64,000 nucleotides of DNA from a virus (IMGVR_UViG_3300031133_000383:250635-314634), one strand, 5' to 3'; positions 9,246 through 18,114 are shown, counted from the first letter of the stretch. Numbers and translations: made by a program. The notes: generated by a model from the sequence alone, not told the origin.

Positions 9246-9329
9246 GGAGAGATGGCCGAGCGGTTGATGGCACCAGACTGTAAATCTGGCTCGAAAGACA
9301 CACTGGTTCAAATCCAGTTCTCTCTACCA
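9246..9329 (+). tRNA. tRNA-Tyr(GTA)
   Basis: Acceptor GGAGAGA/TCTCTCT (G1-U72), CCAGA-CTGTAAA-TCTGG, A73, CCA. Confidence 0.9.
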
Positions 9330-9433
9330 AATTAGACGTATGGTAATAAGAATTGACGCTTCTTGCAGAAGTTGTCAGGTTTAATGTAATTATTGTTATG
9401 TTATGATAATGGTTGACATCTACCCACCAATAT

Positions 9434-9521
9434 GGAAGCGTGGCCGAGTGGTTTAAGGCAACAGTCTTGAAAACTGTCGGGTGTAACAGCCCCGTGAGTT
9501 CGAATCTCACCGCTTCCGCCA
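9434..9521 (+). tRNA. tRNA-Ser(TGA)
   Basis: Acceptor GGAAGCG/CGCTTCC, ACAGT-CTTGAAA-ACTGT, G73, CCA. Confidence 0.93.
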
Positions 9522-9545
9522 AATTTAGATGTATAGCAATAAAAT

Positions 9546-9634
9546 GGACGCCTTTCCTGTCAGCGGTCTGTAAAACCGCCGCCTTAATAAGACAGGTCGG
9601 TTGGCGTGAGGTTCGAATCCTTGGGCGTCCACCA
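9546..9634 (+). tRNA. Non-canonical tRNA-Tyr(GTA)-like RNA lacking a D-arm
   Basis: Acceptor GGACGCC/GGCGTCC, GCGGT-CTGTAAA-ACCGC, T-arm with TTCGAAT, ACCA end; only 10 nt between acceptor and anticodon stems. Confidence 0.75.
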
Positions 9635-9702
9635 AATTTAGATTTATGGGAAGTATGTGCCATCATTATACTATAATTTTGGTAACTGCTGCCCACCAAT
9701 AT

Positions 9703-9790
9703 GGAAGCGTGGCCGAGTGGGTTAAGGCACTAGTCTAGAAAACTAGCGGGTGTAACAGCCCCGTGAGTTCGAATCTCACCGCTTCCGCCA
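9703..9790 (+). tRNA. tRNA-Ser(AGA)
   Basis: Near-identical copy of 9434..9521 with anticodon arm CTAGT-CTAGAAA-ACTAG. Confidence 0.88.
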
Positions 9791-9795
9791 AATAT

Positions 9796-9844
9796 GGGGT
9801 TTTTAACTGTTCATTCATTTCTTGATCAAATCTGATCATTTTGC
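9796..9844 (+). mobile_element. Orphan IS607-like left-end remnant
   Basis: GGGTTTTTA.CTG-N12-TTGATCAAATCTGATCATTT matches reverse complement of the IS607 end at 61332-61376 (20-nt exact block, same spacing). Confidence 0.65.
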
Positions 9845-9912
9845 TAATTACTATCTTATTGTAGATATGGATGGTATCTTAAAAAAAGTTTAATGTAAGA
9901 GTTCTCTCTATT

Positions 9913-10050
9913 ATGTCTACAGAACGCAGTGCAGTTTTGGTAATTGGTTGGCCGCGTGGTGATGCTGAAAGTCTGACTACACAGCTTAGTCCTATTGCTG
10001 AACATTACAACGTTGAACATGATGGTGATGATTTACATAACGACAGTTAA
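9913..10050 (+). pseudogene. Truncated (45 aa) paralog of 14229..14630
   Basis: MSTERSAVLVIGW...PIAEHYNVEHDGDDL aligns with MSTERNAMLVIGW...PIAEHFDIEHDSDNL, then stops. Confidence 0.65.
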
Positions 10051-10215
10051 TGCAAAAAGATTGCTTGAATGCCTAATTTTTCTTTCATTTTCTCAATCTC
10101 TTGATTCTTGAAATTTTTAAAATTTAAAAAATGGATGAAATAATTTAGCAAAATGACTCTTTTCTTTATAGTTCAAGTGTTTTAAACATAATAAACTAAT
10201 ATTATTTTTATTATT

Positions 10216-11118
10216 TCAAATTTTTACCATTTCTAATAAGGTAAAGTAGCGTTCTAGTTCTTCGTTGGAAATATTATCCAATTCTGTTTTCTTTAAGTTT
10301 AATGATGAACACATAACAGTTTTAAGTACAATATTAAATCTACGAGAAAAATAAGTCTCTATTTGTTCATTGTCCATATTTAAGGTGTGTAAATTAAACA
10401 GTCCTTGTTTAAGCTTCTTTTCATCGTCTGTAAAATAAAGTTTGGGCTTTTCTGTCTCAGTTGTATTTATAGGAACAATACAACACATCTTAGTTTCATT
10501 GCCAAAAGGTAATTTGATTTTGAAGAATGGCTGTATGGTATTACCGACTACAATATGAATCCAGTCAACGGTAATATAAGATTTCTTAAAATTAGATTGT
10601 TGATATCCTCTGCCTTTTTGAAGCATTCGATTAAAACTCAAAAGAGACGCTTTCTTACCTTTAAATCTCAAATGTTGGCTAAAATTATCGATGCCGAAAA
10701 AGTCTTGAATAGAGCCTTCTGTCCAGAGTTCATCAGCAGAATGAATCATTTTAGATTCAACACCTGTTTTGATAAAAGAGTCTATAATCATAAAGATTTT
10801 ATCAAGATCAAGTTTGTAGGTGGCTTCAAAATAATTAGCAATAGTTCTGCTTTTTGTTGATAGGATAGATCCCATACTGCTGCCATTGGCTTTAAAGGTT
10901 ATGTCTGGATAATGATTTTTTTGATGATTTAATCCAGTTGGGAAGGTAATGTCCATTCTCCATTTATGATCATCTGTAATCGCTGTATACACAAACTCCC
11001 CTGAGCTTCCATAAACCATTTCTTTATTATCTTCATAGAAATTAGTAAACTTCATCAGGGATGAGAGTGTTTTTACAAAATGATTAGCTTCATTGTGGTT
11101 TGAGAATTTTTTGAACAT
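10216..11118 (-). CDS. Family A paralog 1 (unknown function)
   Basis: KSY.V...PF/YFKI.LP motif; SD GGAG supports second Met; ends LLEMVKI. Confidence 0.75.
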   Translation of the reverse strand: MFKKFSNHNEANHFVKTLSSLMKFTNFYEDNKEMVYGSSGEFVYTAITDDHKWRMDITFPTGLNHQKNHYPDITFKANGSSMGSILSTKSRTIANYFEATYKLDLDKIFMIIDSFIKTGVESKMIHSADELWTEGSIQDFFGIDNFSQHLRFKGKKASLLSFNRMLQKGRGYQQSNFKKSYITVDWIHIVVGNTIQPFFKIKLPFGNETKMCCIVPINTTETEKPKLYFTDDEKKLKQGLFNLHTLNMDNEQIETYFSRRFNIVLKTVMCSSLNLKKTELDNISNEELERYFTLLEMVKI

Positions 11119-11174
11119 TCCGATCTCCAAAATATTCTCAATTATAGCATATAGTATAAAAAAATGGTAGTATT

Positions 11175-12068
11175 TTAAATTTTGATCATTTCAATCAATT
11201 CAAAATAACTCTTTAAATCTTCAGCCGTTGCATCTTTTATATCTGACTTGCTGATATTTAATGTCTTTACAATCAGCATTTTAATTTCATTTTGAAATTC
11301 AACAGCAAAATATGATTCTAGTTTTTCGGAATCCATACTGTGTGACTTCATTTGATCAACGGGCTTTTTTCTAAGACCATCGTCATTGTTCAAAAAATAA
11401 ACTTTGGCTTCTCCCGATAAGGGTATTACACAAGTTGTTTTCTTTTTGTCATTATAAGGTAATCGAATTTTGAAATAGGGATGTACAGAACTATCAGAGT
11501 GTACCAAAAAATCTAGACTCACACTCATGTAGGATTGCTTGTAATGATCACGTTTATAGCCAGAAGCTTTTTGAAGCAGTCTATTAAATTTGATAGTGCA
11601 AAAATTATTATCACAAATCATTACCTGCCCCCTATAATGATTTATATTAATATGCGATTTCATATGGGTTTTATACTTTCTGCCTATAGCTGAATTGAAT
11701 AATCCAGACTTAATGCCTTGATCAGTAAATATTTTAAGTACGTTTATCATTCTATCAAAATCAGGTCTATAATGTAATTGCATAAAATCTGCCAATTCTT
11801 TTTTCTTTTTTTGTCTGTCTTGTGGATTTTTTTTATTACTTAAATCTCGTTCTTTTATAAAAATAATACTTGGATAGTAACTCTTTTGAGGTTTTTCATC
11901 AGTAAAAGAAATAACAATATTCCATTTATCAGGGGTTCTTGCGATATATTGAAAAGTTGTTTTTTTATCTTGGTGCATTTCTGTATTGAATTCTGTACAG
12001 TTGAAGTGACCAGAAAATATTTTAAGTAAATTATTTGCTTCAAGATGGTTTGGGTGTTCTTTAAACAT
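11175..12068 (-). CDS. Family A paralog 2
   Basis: KQSYMSV..HPYFKIRLPY; ends LIEMIKI. Confidence 0.75.
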   Translation of the reverse strand: MFKEHPNHLEANNLLKIFSGHFNCTEFNTEMHQDKKTTFQYIARTPDKWNIVISFTDEKPQKSYYPSIIFIKERDLSNKKNPQDRQKKKKELADFMQLHYRPDFDRMINVLKIFTDQGIKSGLFNSAIGRKYKTHMKSHININHYRGQVMICDNNFCTIKFNRLLQKASGYKRDHYKQSYMSVSLDFLVHSDSSVHPYFKIRLPYNDKKKTTCVIPLSGEAKVYFLNNDDGLRKKPVDQMKSHSMDSEKLESYFAVEFQNEIKMLIVKTLNISKSDIKDATAEDLKSYFELIEMIKI

Positions 12069-12213
12069 AGTGGTCTCCAAAAAAAATAGTTTTTTATTAT
12101 AACATAAAATTCAAAAAGGCCAATAATTATTTGCCATATTTAAGAAATTACTATTAATAGTAGATTATATCGTCAAAATACTATAAGCTATTAAAAGAGC
12201 ATAGAGAGGTTGA

Positions 12214-13122
12214 GTGATGTATCAAATTAAAACTGTTGATAGAAATAAAAAAGGCCGAGATTTTATTGTAGGCGATATTCATGGAATGTATGATCACTTG
12301 TTAAAACTGCTAGATTCAGTAAATTTTGATAAAAATATTGATCGGCTGTTTTCTGTTGGTGATCTTATAGACCGTGGACCAAAATCATTGGAAGTTATTT
12401 TATTAAACAAACAGCCTTGGTTTTTTTCAATATTGGGCAATCACGAAACGATGTTGCTTACAGGCCATCTAGCCTACTCAAAAGATTGGTTCAAGCATTT
12501 ATCCAAGAAAGATAAAAAAAATTGCTTAGACATTATAAAAAAATTACCTATTGCCATAGAGATAGATACCTCTATTGGTAAAATTGGCTTGGTTCATGCT
12601 CAAGTTCCTTTACAGTTCAATGACTGGAATATATTTAAACAATATTTGAAAGAAGCCAATCTATCCTATGATATGAGTTCAAAGAAAGATTCTGATAGAG
12701 TCATTCGAGAGGCTTTATGGGGCAGAAAAAGAATTTATATGGAATTGAAAAAAAATGGTACAAGCTCTGCTCGGAAAGCCTACATGAAATTTGTAAAAGA
12801 TGGATTATGGAATCGTACGACCTTATACAGAATCATTACAACACGTAAAACATTGCCCTACATCAAGCATGGAATATCTTTTTCATTTAGATATATCAAA
12901 GAAAAATTCAAACAAAAAGTCCAACATAGAAGTTATATTGACAATATCAAATATACTGTACATGGGCATACGCCAGTCAAAATGCCTTTGTTGCTGGGTA
13001 ATCAATTTTTTATCGATACAGGTGCTGTTTATGGTATCAAGCAAAATAAAAAAGGCTACTTGACCCTTATAGAAATTTGTAATGACATGAAAATACATCA
13101 GTTGCTAATTGATCATGGTTGA
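12214..13122 (+). CDS. PPP-family metallophosphoesterase (PphA / lambda phosphatase-like)
   Basis: GDIHG, VGDLIDRG, GNHE, HGHTP, IDTG motifs. Confidence 0.88.
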   Translation: MMYQIKTVDRNKKGRDFIVGDIHGMYDHLLKLLDSVNFDKNIDRLFSVGDLIDRGPKSLEVILLNKQPWFFSILGNHETMLLTGHLAYSKDWFKHLSKKDKKNCLDIIKKLPIAIEIDTSIGKIGLVHAQVPLQFNDWNIFKQYLKEANLSYDMSSKKDSDRVIREALWGRKRIYMELKKNGTSSARKAYMKFVKDGLWNRTTLYRIITTRKTLPYIKHGISFSFRYIKEKFKQKVQHRSYIDNIKYTVHGHTPVKMPLLLGNQFFIDTGAVYGIKQNKKGYLTLIEICNDMKIHQLLIDHG

Positions 13123-13267
13123 CTATTGTATTTAAATTTATGGATTTCTTATAAGAATATGCTATTATAAGTATATAAGGACTATAATATGATCAATATT
13201 AATGAGATGAGAATCACTACAACCAACATTTTAAATTTATTGTTATTTATTATTGTAGTCAAATATT

Positions 13268-13621
13268 ATGAATAATATTCAACAACTTCAACATATTGTC
13301 TCTTTTATTTGTAAATGCATATTGGTTACGTGTTGTGTGTTATTTTTCGTAGCCATATCAGTTATGGGTTTAATTTATTTTGATGCAATAACGCCTCAAA
13401 TATTAAAAATCTCTGATAAGTTATTTATATCTTTGTATATAAAATTAAAATGTGCCACATGGGTCGTTTTTTGTATTGGAGTTCTTTTCCTAATGGTTGA
13501 TGATACTAAAAGTCGAGAGCATACCAAGACGCTTATTATGATTACTGTCTTTGTGACCATTATTGTCTGGATGTTGATGGCCGTCATATTGTTTCAACCC
13601 ATTCCAGAAGAAATAGTCTAA
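13268..13621 (+). CDS. Small membrane protein
   Basis: Three hydrophobic segments. Confidence 0.55.
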   Translation: MNNIQQLQHIVSFICKCILVTCCVLFFVAISVMGLIYFDAITPQILKISDKLFISLYIKLKCATWVVFCIGVLFLMVDDTKSREHTKTLIMITVFVTIIVWMLMAVILFQPIPEEIV

Positions 13622-13622
13622 T

Positions 13623-14093
13623 TTACCGTTCATATGGGCCAAAATTATGTGGTTTTTCTTGTATACTTTTCTGAGTATTTAAAAGCCTCTCTTCATACAA
13701 ATTTTTAAAACGTTCATCTAGTTTAATATTAGATTCTTTACCAGAAATAGTATGAAAAACTGCCAGATCTACCTGACTGTTATTGTTAATATCATCAGGA
13801 TGAGCATAGTTGAAAGGAGGCGTTATTTTCATAGTCACACCAATTTCTTTTAGTGCATCACCAATTTCATGAAAGTTTAAAAGAGCCATGACTGTAACAA
13901 ATTTAGTTTCACCCTTTTCCAGAATATCCAGAATTCTCCGGGCTGAAATTGGATTGCAACTGACTCCCATTAATATATCAAGAAACTTCTTATAATCTGA
14001 TGGAACTCCTTGAAAAGATAATCCAACTCCCATCAATTCATCATAATTCCAGTCATCTTGATAGTAATCACCAAACTTTAATTTTCTTTTCAT
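13623..14093 (-). CDS. Hypothetical protein
   Basis: ORF with SD AGGT before ATG 14093. Confidence 0.6.
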   Translation of the reverse strand: MKRKLKFGDYYQDDWNYDELMGVGLSFQGVPSDYKKFLDILMGVSCNPISARRILDILEKGETKFVTVMALLNFHEIGDALKEIGVTMKITPPFNYAHPDDINNNSQVDLAVFHTISGKESNIKLDERFKNLYEERLLNTQKSIQEKPHNFGPYER

Positions 14094-14228
14094 AAGCACC
14101 TATTTTATAATAATTCAGGAATATTGTATAATACAGTATAGAGCATACTTATGTCAATTATTATAAAATTATTGTGAGATTTTATATATCATGCTATAAT
14201 AGCATTCTATTTTCTAGGAGCTTATCAT

Positions 14229-14630
14229 ATGTCTACAGAACGCAATGCCATGTTGGTTATTGGTTGGGAAACTTCAAATTCATTTAGTTTAACCACTCTA
14301 TTAAAGCCTATTGCTGAACACTTTGATATTGAACATGACAGTGATAATCTGCCCGCCATACTAAGTGATGAATATAGTTCGACATTCATGAAGCATATGC
14401 CTAAGCATCTTAGAACGTTTTGTTCGGATCGTGAAATTGAAATTGTTTATGGTTCAAATGGGTATGAATCAGGGGCCTATTATTTTGGTATGGGTGTGCC
14501 ATATATCAGTGACATTCCAGTGCATGAATTTTTAAAGTTAATTGAAGAACTGAATCAGGTTATGGCTAAATCTGTTGATGGTATCGATGTTACACCAGCG
14601 ACTGTACAAAACGTTATCAGTTGGTTTTGA
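14229..14630 (+). CDS. Hypothetical protein
   Basis: SD AGGAG, TGCTATAAT promoter upstream, terminator 14648-14671 downstream. Confidence 0.7.
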   Translation: MSTERNAMLVIGWETSNSFSLTTLLKPIAEHFDIEHDSDNLPAILSDEYSSTFMKHMPKHLRTFCSDREIEIVYGSNGYESGAYYFGMGVPYISDIPVHEFLKLIEELNQVMAKSVDGIDVTPATVQNVISWF

Positions 14631-14680
14631 AATACAAATCATCTATAAAAGCTCCTTTTCAGGAGCTTTTTAATTTTTGA

Positions 14681-15805
14681 TTAATCATATTCATGGTTGA
14701 CGACGCTGTTTAATAAGGGAACGTCAGTGGCCATAGAGTCCGAAAAATAGGTGTTTATTCTAAAGCCTTTGTTTGTATCAAATACAAGGAATTCACTTTC
14801 ATCATTAAAATGTTCCATGTAATAATTAGCTGATTTAGGGTAAGTCATTCCTTTTAGTTCAAAAGGGAAAGAGTAATAGCTGTAAGGGTTGCCTATTTCT
14901 TTCATCAAATCAAAATAAGTATCATAATTATTCATTTCATATTCTACGTTTCCTGATTCAATATTTGCACAGTTCCATATTTTTATTTGTGATGTTTCAC
15001 AATCTATAATGTAGGCAAAAATAGTGTTTTGTGATTTTTGTACAATCATATGATATTTTTTGTTGTTCACATAATAGGCATCGTTATCTGAATCATTGAA
15101 TTCAAATTTGTTATTTTCTGTATAACTTCCTTTTTTTAGTTTTATTGTCCATTCCAGAAAGAACTTTGAAAGTTCAGAATCAAAGCCACTGCTTTGTTTT
15201 GCAAATTTTGTTTCACAAAATTTTTCGATAGCTTTTTTTTCATCATCATTAAATAATGATTTCAATTTATCAAAAACAATCAGTGCTTGGTCGGAGATAT
15301 AAGCACTGACTGTTTGATTGGTTCTAGATGCAATAATATTATTATAGAACTCCTTAGAATCTCTGTTGTATCCTTTATAAAACTGTTTTACAGCATATTC
15401 TTCACTAATCTGGTCCAGATCCTTTTTGAAACTTTCAACATTTTTTGATACCTTTTGATTCAGAATCTCCTTCATTTCAACGTGTTCATCCTCTTTGTAA
15501 TGGGCCAGATAGATAGAGTTTATTTGTGTATCAATCCGTAATTCATAGCGTTCATTTGCTAGATTAAATTCTATTTTGCTTTCGTTATTGTTATTTTGCA
15601 TATTTTGTTTTATCTTTTCAATAAGATTATCCTGTTCTTCGGAAGTATACTTTCGGAACTCTTCCATTGTACAACCAAGATCAAACTTATTGTTTGCTTC
15701 TGACTTATCAATAACTTGAATAAACTGTTCAACTTCTTGGGAAAACAATATCTTTGATAGCTTAAATATAATGTCTTGCGTTGTTACTGCTGATTGTAAT
15801 TGCAT
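14681..15805 (-). CDS. Hypothetical protein
   Basis: 374 aa acidic ORF, SD AAGGA. Confidence 0.65.
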   Translation of the reverse strand: MQLQSAVTTQDIIFKLSKILFSQEVEQFIQVIDKSEANNKFDLGCTMEEFRKYTSEEQDNLIEKIKQNMQNNNNESKIEFNLANERYELRIDTQINSIYLAHYKEDEHVEMKEILNQKVSKNVESFKKDLDQISEEYAVKQFYKGYNRDSKEFYNNIIASRTNQTVSAYISDQALIVFDKLKSLFNDDEKKAIEKFCETKFAKQSSGFDSELSKFFLEWTIKLKKGSYTENNKFEFNDSDNDAYYVNNKKYHMIVQKSQNTIFAYIIDCETSQIKIWNCANIESGNVEYEMNNYDTYFDLMKEIGNPYSYYSFPFELKGMTYPKSANYYMEHFNDESEFLVFDTNKGFRINTYFSDSMATDVPLLNSVVNHEYD

Positions 15806-15852
15806 ATGAATGAATCCTTATTTTTAATGAGAGTATTAGCGTTATATTTTTA

Positions 15853-16758
15853 TCAGATCTTGACCATTTCAACAAGCATAAAATATTTTTTTAGTTCATT
15901 TGTAGACAATGCACCTATGTCTTTTATTTTCATATTTAATGCTTTACAAATTAGATTTTTAGACTCATTTTTAAACAGTTCTTCAAAATAGCTACCAATT
16001 GACTTATTATCAATATTAAACGTATTAAAATTTCTCAAAAAATTGTTTTTTAAGGATTTCTCATTCGCAGTAATGTATGCTATTTTGGGATTGGAAATCG
16101 GAACGATCAGAACTATTTTATTATTGTCAGAATAGGGGAGCTTAATTTTAAAGTAAGGGCTAATCGTCTGATCGGGCTGAATCATGTGAGTGATGCCAAC
16201 ATTAATATATGAAGTTTTGAAGTGATTAGGGTGTTTATTATTTGTTCTTTGAAGAATGTTGTTAAATGTCACAACAGAAACATTTTTATCTCTGAACATT
16301 ACGTGTGTTGCATTATTGTCAGGTCGTAGATAATCACCTACATGCTGATTATAGTCTTTCTTTTCAACATTATGAATCAAACCTGAATAGAGTCCTTTTT
16401 CAATGAATAGATTAATAATATTGTTGACGACATTAAAGTCTGGTGTATACATCTTTTGAAAATGATCTGCTATTTCAATTCCTTTATATTCAATAATAGA
16501 TTGCATAGACACTATATTCTGTTTAAATTTAATTTCTGGATACTGATGCACTCTTTCAAGACCTGTATCAACTCTTTTATTGAATGAAATTTCTAGGCAC
16601 CAACTGTTGTCTTTTGTAGTTGCTGTGTAAACAGTATCCAGTCTATTGGCATAGTTTGAAGGCTTGATTTCTTCAGTGTATTTTTGAAATTCAAACAAAG
16701 GTTCCAATGACTTAACAAAATGGTTAACTTCGGTTTTGTTCAATAGTTTCTTAAACAT
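15853..16758 (-). CDS. Family A paralog 3
   Basis: FKTSYINV..SPYFKIKLPY; SD GAGGA; ends LVEMVKI. Confidence 0.75.
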   Translation of the reverse strand: MFKKLLNKTEVNHFVKSLEPLFEFQKYTEEIKPSNYANRLDTVYTATTKDNSWCLEISFNKRVDTGLERVHQYPEIKFKQNIVSMQSIIEYKGIEIADHFQKMYTPDFNVVNNIINLFIEKGLYSGLIHNVEKKDYNQHVGDYLRPDNNATHVMFRDKNVSVVTFNNILQRTNNKHPNHFKTSYINVGITHMIQPDQTISPYFKIKLPYSDNNKIVLIVPISNPKIAYITANEKSLKNNFLRNFNTFNIDNKSIGSYFEELFKNESKNLICKALNMKIKDIGALSTNELKKYFMLVEMVKI

Positions 16759-16768
16759 TATTTGTTCC

Positions 16769-17680
16769 TCAAAGTTTGACCATTTCGGCAATAACAAAGT
16801 ACTCTTTCAACTGATCCTGAGACAGTTTGGCAAGATCTGATTTGTTTAGTTTTAATTGGTTTGATAATTTTTTTACTACCTCATCTTTAAATGTTTTTTT
16901 GAAATAAGAACGAATATCAGATTCAACTAAATCAAATGGTTTTTGTGTATCGATATGTTGAGTAGTCAACTTTTTATCATTTTTAAACATATATACTTTG
17001 TTGCTTTTACCTAATGGCATTACATAGCTAATTTTTTTATTATCACTGTACGGCAATCTTATTTTAAAATATGGATGCATTGTCAAATCTGAATGCACCA
17101 GATATAGAATATCGACATTGATATATGATTTTTTAAAGTGCCTATTGTTATAGCCTACACCTTTTTGCAGAATATTGTTAAAATAAACATCACCAATATT
17201 ATTATCTCTAAGGCTTATTTTGCTACTATACATATTTGAACTCAAATAGGACATAAGGCTTTTTTCTACATATTTTTTATCAAATACTTCTATGATACCT
17301 GCTTTTTGACCTTCTTCAATAAACAAATCAATCAGCATTGTAAATTGATCAAATGATGGAGAATATAGGTTTTCTAAAATTTTTGAAAAATCTAGACGAT
17401 CTTGCCTTTTCATACTAGGATTTTGTATACAAGGTTTGTTTTGAATAATAGCAATATGGGCTTGATAGTTTTTTTCTATATTCTTTGTTTTTGTCTTGCT
17501 GGGAAAAGTGATTTCTAACGTTAAAAGTCTATCAGAAGTTTTTGCAGTATAGATTGTTTTAAGCACATTCATAGATCTATCGGTCTTGTTTTGCTCTTCA
17601 AAAGAGTCAAATGAATAACTATTTTTCAATATTTCTATAAGGTAATTGGATTCTTGATGATTGGGAAATTTTGAAAACAT
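16769..17680 (-). CDS. Family A paralog 4
   Basis: FKKSYINV..HPYFKIRLPY; ends IAEMVKL. Confidence 0.75.
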   Translation of the reverse strand: MFSKFPNHQESNYLIEILKNSYSFDSFEEQNKTDRSMNVLKTIYTAKTSDRLLTLEITFPSKTKTKNIEKNYQAHIAIIQNKPCIQNPSMKRQDRLDFSKILENLYSPSFDQFTMLIDLFIEEGQKAGIIEVFDKKYVEKSLMSYLSSNMYSSKISLRDNNIGDVYFNNILQKGVGYNNRHFKKSYINVDILYLVHSDLTMHPYFKIRLPYSDNKKISYVMPLGKSNKVYMFKNDKKLTTQHIDTQKPFDLVESDIRSYFKKTFKDEVVKKLSNQLKLNKSDLAKLSQDQLKEYFVIAEMVKL

Positions 17681-17791
17681 AATAAACTCCAAAAGTATTA
17701 AGCTATTCTAACATACTATAAAAAAATTTGCATCATTTTTTAAATTTGCATTTACCTTATTTTCATGTGATAATGGCATCAACTAAAAAAG

Positions 17792-18100
17792 GTGACTATA
17801 ATGATCGATTTCCTTTTACGTTTTACTGCTGCACGAGAATATGCACAAAAATTTGAAAATATGCCAGATAATTATATGTATAACGAACTCTATACGTTGG
17901 CTTCCTTGAGAAACAGTTCTTCTAGTGCTGTAGTCAGTCCTTATGGTAATTTGGACACTTCATATAGTGAACCACATTTATCAAATTCTGATTTAAAAAT
18001 GTTGTTGGATACTGTTTGGAAAGATGTAAAACAAAAACATGAACGCAAGTATTGGTACTTTGAAGTTAATCAGCGAATGAAAGAATTACAAGTTAACTAA
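17792..18100 (+). CDS. Hypothetical protein
   Basis: 102 aa ORF; upstream TTGCAT-17-GATAAT promoter. Confidence 0.55.
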   Translation: MTIMIDFLLRFTAAREYAQKFENMPDNYMYNELYTLASLRNSSSSAVVSPYGNLDTSYSEPHLSNSDLKMLLDTVWKDVKQKHERKYWYFEVNQRMKELQVN

Positions 18101-18114
18101 CTTCAATTTTTTTA

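Noticed and set aside
9119-9699. ORFs 9119..9301, 9241..9699 and 9413..9676
   Set aside because: They overlap tRNA genes; open frames are a by-product of GC-richer structured RNA
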